The translations under genes and the position numbers were made by a program. The notes under the pieces are model-generated. The model did no database searches and was not told the DNA's origin. It saw only the letters and a program-made list of their open reading frames with translations. Below are positions 36,075 through 48,300 of a stretch of 64,000 bases of DNA, piece by piece. Source of the DNA: Phoronis australis (Eukaryota; Animalia; Phoronida); NCBI GenBank assembly GCA_002633005.1, contig NMRA01000705.1, forward strand, positions 130,222-194,221, in the 5' to 3' direction. The stretch's first letter is position 1. Each line of letters begins with the position of its first letter.

Positions 36075-36870
36075 CAGTGGCGGATCTAGGATATCACAAG
36101 GGGGGGGCCCAACATTTTGTCCGGCTGGAAGCATTNGGGAGGGGGGTTTGCCCCCCTCTCGCCCAGGAAAATTTTCTCTTTTTACCTCTAAAACTCAAGC
36201 ATTTTCCTTGATTCCTGAAGTATTATCCAAGAAAAAAAGGCCAAAAAAACACGGATCACGTGTCAAACAGGAAAAAAAATGCAAGCGTCAAAGACTCGAA
36301 CTCACGACCTAGCCAGTTGAGCGCGCGTACGTTACCACTACACCAACACGATTTAACAACAACTTCTATACTAAAAGACTTACTTGTTTATGGGCCACAG
36401 CGTTTGCGCGCGTAACCTACTTCTTTTTGTAATGCTTATTACACGTTTTATATTTTGTGCCATCACTTCTTAACAAATTTGTCGTATTTGAAATAGTCTT
36501 CAAAGGCCCAAAAGACCAAATCCATTTTTCGTGTTGGCAATAATGACGGGGATTGCTTTGGAAACCGTCTTAAGATAAGGTTTGACAACGAGAGTATTGC
36601 GAGTTTCTGAGTGATTCACTAAGGCTTCGATTAAAATTCACATCTTACCAGCAGCTTCTGTTTTTTCATCGCCACTCAGGTTCCATTTTCTTTAATAAAT
36701 GAAGTAAATTTTCTTCAATGCACAGTGGAGCAGACGACGGAAACGGAGTCGTAGTGCACAGCGCCGCTGCCGGTCGCCTAGGATATCGCGGGAGATTCTA
36801 TACTTAGCCATAGTTCCGTTACGAACGCGCCGTGTTCCGAATTTGACACTTGAAATTGGATTTGAGCCNA
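36075..36870 (+). mobile_element. Longer member of the CAGTGGCGGATC 5-bp-TSD family (right end not identified)
   Basis: Near-colinear with 44328-44862; carries a tRNA-like cassette at ~36286-36346. Confidence 0.7.
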
Positions 36871-37190
36871 AAAGCTTTTAGATGTTTTTCGTAAATGTCT
36901 GCACTGATTCTACTAGTGTATGCCATTGTATACCCACGTGATCAAGGTTTCATTGAAGCACTTCAATAGTTTCTTTGTTGGTTTTACCGAGCTCGACACA
37001 GTGGGGTGCCTTTGATACTTTGAACCTGGTTTTACTGAACCAGCTCCCTGGTTTAGCAAAACCAGGCTTTCAGACTCTTAAACCATGTTAGTGAAATGCA
37101 AGTCAGGTCTAAAATTAGACCAGGTTTAGGAAGACCAGGTTTAAGTCTTAAACCTGGTTTTGTTAAACCACCTTTATGAAATCGGCTGAA

Positions 37191-38810
37191 AAAGTCTGAA
37201 TATTCCAGTAGTACACTTCAATATAATTTTCTCTCAGTTCAGAATATTTATCACAGCTAAGAAGAAAATGATACTCGTCTTTCACAACATTGAGGCAGAA
37301 GGGAAACACTCTGTTTGCCCAATATAAATTCTAGTGCCTGCCTACTTCAATCATGAGACTGAGGTTAAAACAACTAAAACGTGTGATGGATACAATTTGT
37401 GCACGGGGTATGCTCAAACTTAAATTTTCCCCATTTGAATTCTTTTTTAATTTGATTACAAAAGTTCGGCTTAGGATTACTCTCAACACTCCGTCTCCAT
37501 CCTTGCAAATAGAAATTCCTTATTCGCTGACAAAAATTAGCAGAATAGTATTTTCACACACAACGCCTTGATTTAACTGAACTTCTTGAAATCCATAATT
37601 TGACAATATAAGTCTAAGTGATGTGGCTCAATTTCGGGAGTGTCGACCATTTTGGTCAAAGTCATGCGAGGAGGCATTTTGAGAAGTTTGAACCAATACG
37701 TGATCACGGCAACATAGTAATTAGTAAATACGCGGCGCGCTCAGTGCAGCATTGTTTCAACATGAATTAGCAACACCCAACACACGCTTGCAAAATTTAA
37801 TTTGCTCTTGTTCTAACCAGTTGTATTCTTGTAAGTCCCATATTTCGGCTCCTTAGCATGAGCTGGGGTAAATCATTTTCTCAAGTGTATGAAAAGCCAC
37901 ACGCGTTGAAATATGGTCTAGCTTCTTTGTAGATTGTCGACTGTAATGGCTACCTTCGTGGCTTGGGCTGACAGGGTCTGAGCAGCCATAGTCCACAATA
38001 ACTTTGGCGTGAACACAGCACCAAGATGCTTGAACACTGTAGCTGGCATGGAAATTACTCAGTTTCCCCCTCCAAAATACCACATCTCGCAATTTCTCAA
38101 GAGACCTCCGTTTCGGAACACCATAACTTTGGTCTTCACTGATTTTACAGACATTCCCCGTAAAACTTACTTAAAGCACACAGTAGTTTTGCAGTTTAAC
38201 TGGAGATTAAATACACAAAGCCATATCATCAGCATATAACAAAACTTTCACATCGGAAACATTTTGACTTAGCATAATACCATCGTCATTACTAGGATGG
38301 ATACATTCTACAAAGTCATTAAGTTTTTAAAACATCACCATGAACTCCAACAATAAACTTTCAAAGACAAGTGACTGGGCAGACTCAATCAGACACGTGT
38401 TGTGTAATGAATGGTTCTCATTTGAAAAACTAACCATCCCCTGCACGCTGAATGAAACCTTGGACGAATGCAGTATTGCAACAAATGCTCAAATTTTACA
38501 TAATGTTAAACACGATAGTTGTTTTTTTTTTGTAAATTGCATAGAAAATTAATTGTGCCACAGTAACAATTTGCATGTTTGACAAGTCTTCACGTGATGT
38601 GACCAACATATGACCTGTGTGAAGACATATGAATGCAGTACTTTCAATAATTTGCTTCTCAATATAAATGAGCTTCCCAGGTTGTACACGTGCATCTGCC
38701 GATGTCAATTATGCTTTTAAGACTCGTTTTAACAGCTTAAATAGAAAGCTCACTCATACAGTTGTACAAATTTGCTTTACTATTTAGACAGATTTTTAGC
38801 AACACTTCAC
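37191..38810 (-). mobile_element. Degraded LINE ORF2 region, copy 2 (37191-38481 nearly identical to 34791-36074)
   Basis: Direct duplication with offset ~2400 bp. Confidence 0.75.
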
Positions 38811-39969
38811 ATATCACTTTTGCCTATGGATATTCTCATGCTACGACCGGTAGGGTGCGCGTTAATCACTATGTAAACGGGCGGGCAGAGCCTGATAGGG
38901 GAAAGTAATACGAGTACCTAAATCGAAAGAAATTACTTTGAAAGTTGACGGACAGGAAACAAAAACACCGACCCATCCGTTTGAGAGACCACGACTTCTA
39001 AGGAAAATCTCTGTTCACGAATCAAGACTGACGGACGACCTTCATCTAACTTAGTCGTAGCCCCCATGCGGTTTAGTTTTTGAAAGTTTCCATTCATATG
39101 CAATGCCCTCGAAGATCTCTCCCGTTTCTTCACTGCAGGATGACATGTGGCACGATTTTCTATTGAGAACACTCTTTTGGTATTCAGTATCTCTAAAAGG
39201 CGAGTTTATTGATCTGGATTGTGTAATGACGTGGTTACCTGTTTGTTGCACTTCGTTGACTTGGTGTGCTCGCAGTTCATTGGAAAGTGCAATAACCCCT
39301 CCCGAGAAGTAATAGAATGACCACTTGACTGTTTCCCTTTGAGTGGGTCGGCCTGCTGTTTCAGAATGCGTCCATTTCCTTGAAAGCGCGCACTGTGATG
39401 AGATGATGTCATTCCCGATACACTAAGGACGATACAGGTGCGTAACTTCGGAATCGTTATTAATTACATTTTTGTCTGGCTGATTGTTGTTACAGTTCTC
39501 CACCTGTGGCAACTGTTTGGTGTACAGGTAGTTGTAATATGTATATGTTTTAAGTGTCGGCAGTATTTTACAGTAGTTGCACTTTGGGTTGTACTCGTGT
39601 ATTAGTGTTCGGGTCGCGATGACGCACATTTATTCAAATGGATATTCACTGAGAAGACTATGGCTTTAAGAGAAGAACTGCTGTCCGTGTAAATACTCTG
39701 AATGTATATTTGAATTTATGTATTTATGTATGAGTAGGCAAAGACTACGATGCACAATAAATGATATCAATATTATTATTATTGTTGTTGTTGTTGTTAT
39801 TGTTATTGTTATTATTATTAAATGGATATATCTATCCATCTATCAAATGCATTATCATTAGCTTGCACTAGACGTTTATTACTTGACTTGCTGATACATT
39901 CGGGTTGACTTTAACGCTCTTTCTAATCCCAACTAACAATTGCACTAACCTACTAACTAGGACCCTAAC

Positions 39970-40673
39970 ATGTGTCCCGTTTTATGGACTCCGGGTCCTA
40001 TCTGTCCCGGGTTTTATGTGTCCCGGTGTTCTGCGTAATAGTTAAGACGCTAAGCGGACGAGTGTGCAAGTTTTAGCTACAATCGCCATAATTTAGGCCC
40101 ACATGACAGTTTTCGTGTGCTTTTCGATTCTGATTTAGGGCACAAGCTCAACAAGTAATAAAGTAACGTGTTATTTTATGCATCCTCCTTGCATCAGATT
40201 CTGGTCGTTGTCAGAATAAGCTAGGAAGCTGGTTCCTAGGATAAAACAATGGCTCCTGCAACTGATTCTGGAATGCAAGCTCACTTCTTGAATATGCGCC
40301 TTTAGTTTCCGAGATTTCGGCTAGGTCGCAAACGGCGAACTTAGCGGTATGTTAATTTTTTAGGCTGATCGAGCACTGACCAGGGACACATAGAGCAGGG
40401 TGTGAAAGTAGCCATTGTCCCCCTGCAGAAATTGTCCGGCTTGCGTGTATTTGAATGAAGCATCCAGGTAATCTACTGATTAACGTGCCAGTATACCGGC
40501 ATTCAAATACATGCATATAGGACATTCTCTACAGCGGGATAATCACAGCTACCACAGCAGGACACACAGAACTCTGTCTGATGCATTGAAAACTGGTCAA
40601 ACCGAACCCGGGACACGTTCAAATGTAGAATCCTGATATGCACAAAACGGGAAACATACAACCCGGAACACAT
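39970..40673. mobile_element. TIR element with subterminal TGTCCCGG repeats
   Basis: atgtgtcccg../tgtcccgg repeats at left; ccgggacac/cccggaacacat at right. Confidence 0.6.
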
Positions 40674-41452
40674 CAGAATGACCACCAACATATGGATCTG
40701 AACAATGGTTCCCGTGATCGATAACTGCCTTGGTAGATTTTTCAATTAAACTGTCGAGTGTCAACTTAAAAACAATAGTTGATTTGCCGATTGGCTGTAA
40801 ATTTCATAACTGCACGTTTTTGTCTATTTACACGCCATACCCGTACATAAACGACAAGCTGCGACCCACGGATAACCAAGACGGAAGAAAGGTGGAAGAC
40901 GAAAATTAAGAAGGTAATCTAACAGGGGGTTTATGTAGTCTAACGTTGCTTGCGTGTCATACAGTATTAGTACAAATAAGGTACAGCTCGATACTCCAAA
41001 GGTTCACAACTTCGAACTCTCATAATACCACAAATGAATAAAAAGGCATTATAAGGCCGAAGATTCACAAATCCGACAGAAAGGAAAACTAGTCAGATCG
41101 AAACTAGTCCGAACGTCTATGATACCAGAAACCAGTGATTCAAATTCAACGACTGCCAAGCAACAAAATTTTGGCGGCGATAAACCAAAATTTGAGCATG
41201 TAAATAACCACAGCAACTCGGTGCATCGCCCATCTTCATGTTTGGATCCCGTTTTGAGAGGCACAGATTCTTCGAAGAACTAGTTTCAAGCAGCCGTGAA
41301 CATATAAATCCCTGAACGTTTTGCTCAAAATCACTGTTCGGAACCTAGTGTCATGAAAGTACAAATTTGTAACCTTCGATGGATTTTTTAATTGTGTGGA
41401 TAAGTCTTCAGATTTATGGATTTTTATACTTGCAAACCTTGCGACCCATAAA

Positions 41453-41704
41453 CATGCGCGCACCAAGGGGGGAGGCTCGAGGGGCTCGAAGGAGCCCCCC
41501 CCATTTGGCGAACTGGGCAAACAGGTCCGCCTGTGAGAGGTAAAAATGGAACAAAAACCCCTAAATAAGCGCAAACGCGCACTTCGCAGTGGTGCCCCCG
41601 TTTTTTTTTTTTTTTTTTTTTAGTCCGTCCGCTCTTTTGTTAGCAAAAGGTCCACAACGTCAGAAATTCGAGCCCCCCCATGGTGAAGGCTGGGTGCGCG
41701 CATG
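41453..41704. mobile_element. MITE CATGCGCGCACC...GGTGCGCGCATG, 5-bp TSD (ATAAA/ATGAA)
   Basis: 12-bp perfect TIR, G/C tracts; the empty site is seen in other array copies (..atgaatacc..). Confidence 0.85.
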
Positions 41705-42699
41705 ATGAATACCTTAATTTCATATGAACTCGGTACACATTCTTTCCCACATGTAGTTTTCAATTCTGGTCATAAAAGGTTGATCATTTCTTATTGTACA
41801 ATTTTTAGCGACTTGTCCAGTCGTCGAACTTGTGGACTTTGGCTGACGTCGCGGGCAGTTACAATGTACCAAAAGTGCAGAAGGATTACTAACACGAATG
41901 ACACCAGGGTGCCGTTCAGCTGTAAATATCCTGACAGTTACCGGTTTTGACTACATGTGTGTACTCATTTGAGCCATTAAAACTTGACTGATCACTTGTT
42001 TTATTTGGAAAACAGAATACGTCTTTATTCAAGTACACGGTTTCACAACTGGTTTCAGGGCACAGTCTCTCAAAAATTGCGTTGGTAATAGTGGAACTGG
42101 GAGATTTTATCAATATAAAATACACTATAGGCTCTCAGTTCGGGTCGCCTGTATTATATTCCTTCTCGGACGTTAACTACGTTTAGTCTTAATTGCTGTA
42201 TTTTATTTGGGCGACTTTGTCATTTGTTAAATAGCTGGGTTTGTTTATCATTAAAAGGATACCAAACTCGGTTTTAGCCTACTAACACATTACTAAAAAC
42301 GACTTTCCCCATCCAGTTCTCTGAAACAAAATAAAGCTTTTTAACTCATCGCCAACCCTCAAAAGTCTGGAGGAAATTTTGAAAACTTCTAACAAATTCT
42401 GCTTAATGGGCAAGCGTGACCTACGCTTTTAGCAAGTTGCACAGCAACTTTGGAAAAGGCCACCCATCAAGGACCACAACGTGCAATTTATGAGATAGGA
42501 AGTTTATGTTTGTTTTTATTAAGTCTTTTAAAATATCGTGACTTCGTAAACTATTCAAGGCACCTCAAATACCATACGTGACTTTGCAGAGGCAGTTTTT
42601 GGTTGTAAAGTTGATTTTTTTTAAATGGGAGACGCTCTCCTAAAAAAATAGCTGAAGGAACCTATAATCTGTTCTGGAAGGAAGTTTTCAGCGATGTTG

Positions 42700-43140
42700 T
42701 GCTCCTGTTTCAAATGTGTGACAAAAATGAAAATTATTATTTACTCTCCCCTGTGGTATAATTCAAAAATAAAAGTCGGTAGAAAATCTATTTTCTACAT
42801 GACCTGGTATGAAAAGGGAGACTATCGTGTGTGTGATTTGTTTAATGCTGTTATACAAAGAACTCTGTAACAGTTATAACTTTCAACTTCCAATACTAGA
42901 ATTTTATGGATTAAGAAGTGCAATCTTTGCAGCGTACAGGGGTCTTAAGAATAGACAAGACAATATCTTTTTACCAAATTTTCTAAGTTATGTTTATAAA
43001 ATTTTCCATAATGAATCACAAGCGGTAAATATTTATGACACCTTAGTACAAACACTTCAGGCAGCTTGTAAATATAAAAACAAGTGGTTACTTCAGATAG
43101 ATATCATAAACGTTGTTATAAATAATGTAAATTTTAGTTA
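42700..43140 (+). mobile_element. Tx1/L1-like ORF2 fragment
   Basis: FYGLRSAIF and neighbouring motifs match the same region of the other Tx1/L1 copies (FYGLKEAV). Confidence 0.55.
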
Positions 43141-44327
43141 CCCTGATATGGATTTTTGGACTTGCGAACCTTCGGACCAATGAATAAGTGATTTCATACC
43201 TTCTGCTCACACTCTTTCTTACTTGTACTTTTCAATTCAGATCATAAGGTTTCATTGCTTCCAGTGAGATGACTTTGTTTGAACATTAGTTTAGGCTTTT
43301 AGGGAATTGGCCTAATTTCGTCGAACCACTGGACATTGGCTGACTAATATACCATTGACATGCGGGATCTGACGTCGCGAGCAGTGAGAGTGTACCAAAG
43401 GTGCCGCAGGACCACTCACAGGAATGCCATCAGAGTCAAAAGGTAAATATCCTGGTAGTTAAATGCTTCGACTGTATATGTTTTCTGCGAGTCATCAAAA
43501 CTGCACAGAAGCCTTGTTTGATTTGGAAAAGTGAAATCATTCAGGTATCTATTTTTATTCATGTACACTGTATTTCAGGGCACAGTCCCTCAAAAACCGT
43601 AAAATTTAGCAAAAGACAAAGCCACATTAATGGTAAAACAATGATATCAATAACAAGATCGAATGAATTTAATGTCATGAACGTGTTCCAGAAGTGACCT
43701 CAGAACTCTATTAACATTCTAAAATATGCTCTTCATTTTTGTTTTGTGAACTGTCTTTAAATCACGGTATTTGGAAGTGTTACATGAATCAGAAAAGATA
43801 TTTCTGAGATATAAACGTTCAAAGTTAGAGAAATATAGACGTTTGTTCCAGGGTCTTATAGGATCTGAGCAAGCAGGACACTGACTTTGCCACCACTGGC
43901 ACAGAACAAAAGATGTCGCTGAACCACCAACACAAAATGATACCATAATGAAACTTAAAAAATCCCTCCCTCAGGGTGCACGCCATGAGATGCTGTCTTA
44001 CAAGATAGAGGTGTGTAACTGTCGTTATGACAAAATTTTGGTCTGACTGACACTTGTGACAACTGTGTGGTGTCTTGATCATTGTAACAGCTTTAAAGTG
44101 ATAACGGTATTTTACTTGTACTCTGGGTTGTACTCAAGTTTTAGTGTTTGGTTCGTGATGACGCACATGTACTTTAAACGGATACACCTCTCCATCCACC
44201 ATATCTATTACCATTTACTTTCACTTGTCGTTTGTTACTTGTCTTGCTGGTATGTACATCCGTATTGACGCTAACACTCTTTCTAATATCGACAAACATT
44301 CGCACTAACATACTAACACATACCCTA

Positions 44328-45393
44328 CAGTGGCGGATCTAGGATATCACAAGGGGGGGCAACATTTTGTCTTGCTGCAAGTATTTGCGTAAAGTGAACC
44401 ACAATTGTAGATATGCATAGCATCGAATGGGGGGAGGTCGGAAATTTTTCTGTTTTTACCTCTAAAAATCAAGCATTTTCCTTGATTCCTGAAATGTTGT
44501 CCATGAAAAAAAGCAAAAAAAAAACAAAAAAACAGAACGTGTCAAACAGGAAAAACTGCAAGTTCTGAAGCTTCGAACTCACGACCTGGCGGTTAGAGCG
44601 CGCGTGCATTACCACTACACCACCCCGAAACGAACTACCAATCACGTACTAAGAGACCTACTCGTTTATTGTCCACAGCGTTTGCGCGCGAAACCTACTT
44701 CTTTTTGTAATGCTTAGTACACGTTTTATATTTTGTGCCATCAACTTTTAACAAATTTGTCGAATTTAAAATAGTCTTCAAATGCCCAAAAGACCAAATC
44801 CGTCTTTCGTGTTGGCAATAATGACGGGATTGCTTTAAGATAAGGTTTGACAAAGAGAGTATNNNNNNNNNNNNNNNNNNNNNNNNNNNNNNNNNNNNNN
44901 NNNNNNNNNNNNNNNNNNNNNNNNNNNNNNNNNNNNNNNNNNNNNNNNNNNNNNNNNNNNNNNNNNNNNNNNNNNNNNNNNNNNNNNNNNNNNNNNNNNN
45001 NNNNNNNNNNNNNNNNNNNNNNNNNNNNNNNNNNNNNNNNNNNNNNNNNNNNNNNNNNNNNNNNNNNNNNNNNNNNNNNNNNNNNNNNNNNNNNNNNNNN
45101 NNNNNNNNNNNNNNNNNNNNNNNNNNNNNNNNNNNNNNNNNNNNNNNNNNNNNNNNNNNNNNNNNNNNNNNNNNNNNNNNNNNNNNNNNNNNNNNNNNNN
45201 NNNNNNNNNCCCCACAACACTAAAACTGCTCACATTTAAATCTTTTTTCATCCGCATAATTTTAATTACCGGGGTTAATTAATAAACTCAAAATTTCCCT
45301 ACGCTCTTACTGTTTTATTTTTTCAAGTTTGCGGCAGCCAAGGGGGGGGGGCGGGCCCCCTGGCCCCCCTGGCCCCCCCTAAATCCGCCTATG
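44328..45393 (+). mobile_element. CAGTGGCGGAT..ATCCGCCTATG TIR element, 5-bp TSD, spans assembly gap
   Basis: CCCTA duplicated at 44323-44327 and 45394-45398; gap at 44863-45209. Confidence 0.8.
44863..45209. other. Assembly gap (N run)
   Basis: Run of n. Confidence 1.
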
Positions 45394-48300
45394 CCCTAAA
45401 ACACTAAAAAAAACAGCATGACTGAATCCAAATGACGATCCAGGTCACGGAGTGCATACTGAATGCTGTAAATTGAGTTCCTCTGCAGATGCCATAACCC
45501 GGTGGAGCTGAGCAGTGGTTCCCTTGATCGATTACACCCGTAGCATGGAGAAGGATTTTTCAATTACGTTGATTATTCAAGTAGCAAATGAAAAAAACAG
45601 TTGATTTCTCATTTGTTTGTAAATTTATTATTCCACGGTTTTGTTTATTTACAACACTGATACGCTGCGACCCGTGGATAACCACGACGGAAGAAGGAGG
45701 GTGGATGAAGAAGAATGACAAACGAAGACTAAAATTAAGAATGTAATCTAATTTTGCTTGCGATTCATACTGAATTGGTAGGATAGAGCTCTATTCTAGA
45801 AAGTTTCACAAGTCTAATGGCAAATCATCCTACAATTGAAGTTTGCCCTTTATATATTTTAAAAAGGCCCTTTAACCCCGAGGTTTTACAAATCCAACAG
45901 AAAGAAAAGATAGTTAGTTCGAAACTAGTCCGAAGGTCTATTATACCTGAAACCTGTGACTTAGTCATCGACAGGAAGCAGCAAGATTGTAGAGGTAGTA
46001 AACAAATATTTGAAAATGTAAATAAATACAACATCTCAGTGCACATTGCCAAATATTGTTTGGACCCTTTCGACAGGCACTCACGGTTCCAAAAAGTAGT
46101 TTATTCAAGCAGGCACGTGAATATAAATATCCGAACCTTCTTCTCCAAATCACTTTTCAAAATCTTGATACATGAAAGTTACAACTTTTAGCTTCAGACT
46201 GGTGTGGACATTCGAATTTATAGATATTTGGACTTTTAAGCTGTCAGAACAATGAATACCTTAAATTCATACCTTATGCTCACACTCTTTCTCACTCGTA
46301 GATTTCAATTCAGATCATACGATTTCATTGCCTCCAAGGGGTTGACTTCGTTTGAATTTTATTATAGGTTCTTGGGGACTTCGCCAAATTTCTTCGAACC
46401 ACTTGAGTGACTAGTATACCAATAGCATACGGGATTTGACGTCGCGAGCAATGACATGAAACCACAGGACCACTTACACGAATGACACCATAGCCAAAAA
46501 GTATGGTGCCATTAAGCTGCAAACATCCTGGAAGTTACATGCTTCGACCGTATGTGCATTCTAGGATCCATCAATTCACACCTGGTTTCAGGGCACAATA
46601 CATTATTTCTCAAAAACCGTAAAATTTAGTTAAGGACAAAAGCATATTAATGGTGAAACAATGTTACCAATAACAAGATCGAATTTAATTTAATGAAAGT
46701 GTTCTCAGACCTCTGTTAAAGTTGTAAAATGTGCTCTTATCATTTTCGTTTTCTGAACGGTTTTTAAATCATTTCTGAGGTACAAACGTTAGAGAAATGT
46801 AGACGTTCTTTTCTAGGGTCTTACAGGCTCCGAACAACAAGGACCCTGGCCTTGCTACCACTGGCAGTGAACCAAAGATGTTGCTGAACCATGAACACAA
46901 AATAAAATCGTAGTGGAAATGTAAAAACGTCTCGCAAGTTGCTTCTTATGTTAGGTCGTACGCCACGAGTTGCTGTCTTACCCATTCATGAAAGACAACA
47001 GTGGTGTTTAACTTTTTAGTGTAGCTGACACTTGCAGTCACAGTTCTCTACCTATGACAATTGTGTTGTGTCCGGTCGCGTCTTTGTACAATATTTTAAG
47101 TTTGGGCTGTATTTTAGTTGTTATCTGGGTGTACTCAAGTATTAGTGTTTGGATCGTGATGACGCACATGTACTTCAAATGGATAGATCTCTCCATCCAT
47201 CAAATCTATTACCATTTGCTTGCACTACACGTTTATTAATTGTCTTGCTCGTGTACACGTATTCGCGTTGAATCTGAAGCTCTTTCTAATACCGACTAAC
47301 AATTACACTAACCTACTGACACAAGCCCAAACATACACTGAAATACAGCATGAATAAATCCAAATAAAGGTCACACAAATTTTGTTAATGCATGTTTTTG
47401 TCTATTGACTCGCCATACCCAAGCAACAGCGATAAGCTGCAACCCACGGATAAGCCAAACGGAAGAAGCATGGAAGAAGAAAATTCACAACTGAATACTA
47501 AAGCTAAGAAGGTAATCTAATGTTGCTTGCAAATCATAGTGCATTGGTATAAATAGGATTCCGAAGGTGTACAAGTTTGAAGGCAAATTATGCGACAAAT
47601 GAAAACGTTTTTAAGAAGATCCAGTTGAAACTATTGCAGAGGTATGACAGCAGAGCAGCAAACTTTTACTGGCTGTATTCCAAAATTTGATAATTAAACT
47701 AAATGTAGCAGCTCAGTAAGCATTGACAAAATTTGTTTCGATCCTTTTGAGGAGCACTGGCTCTTCGAATCACTAGTTTCAAACGGCACATGTATAGAAA
47801 CTAACTCTAAAATTTTGCTCGAAATCACTTTTCAGAACCTCTTGTAAGGAAAGATCGAACGTTTACCTTTGGAAATTAGAAGCTTTCGGACTATTGTGGA
47901 TATTCAGATTTATGGATTTTTGGTCCAGCTAACCTTGAAACCGAGGAATACCGTGATTTCATACCTTCGGCCCAAACACTTTCTCACTTGTAGATTTCAA
48001 TTCAGGTCGTATTGCTTTATCACTTTCAAGGGCTTCATTTCCTTTTACGTTTCTGTAGATTTTTAGCGACTAGTCCCAGTGTCCAACAACCGGTCTTTGG
48101 CTGACTAATATACCATCCACGTGTGGGAAATGAAGTTGCCAGCAGTGAAAATATATTAAAAGTGTTGCAGGACCACTATGACGAAAGACATCAGAGTCAA
48201 ACGGTGTGGTGCAGTTCATCTGTAAACGTCCTGGGCGTATGTGCCATCAAAATTTGAACACTTGTTTGATTCGGAAAAATGAAGTGAAAATTCTATTCAC

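Noticed and set aside
34953-38552. Duplicated ORF pairs as a gene family
   Set aside because: They are mostly antisense or off-frame ORFs within a duplicated degraded LINE segment.
44741-45257. Long ORFs in the track
   Set aside because: Artefacts of the N gap.
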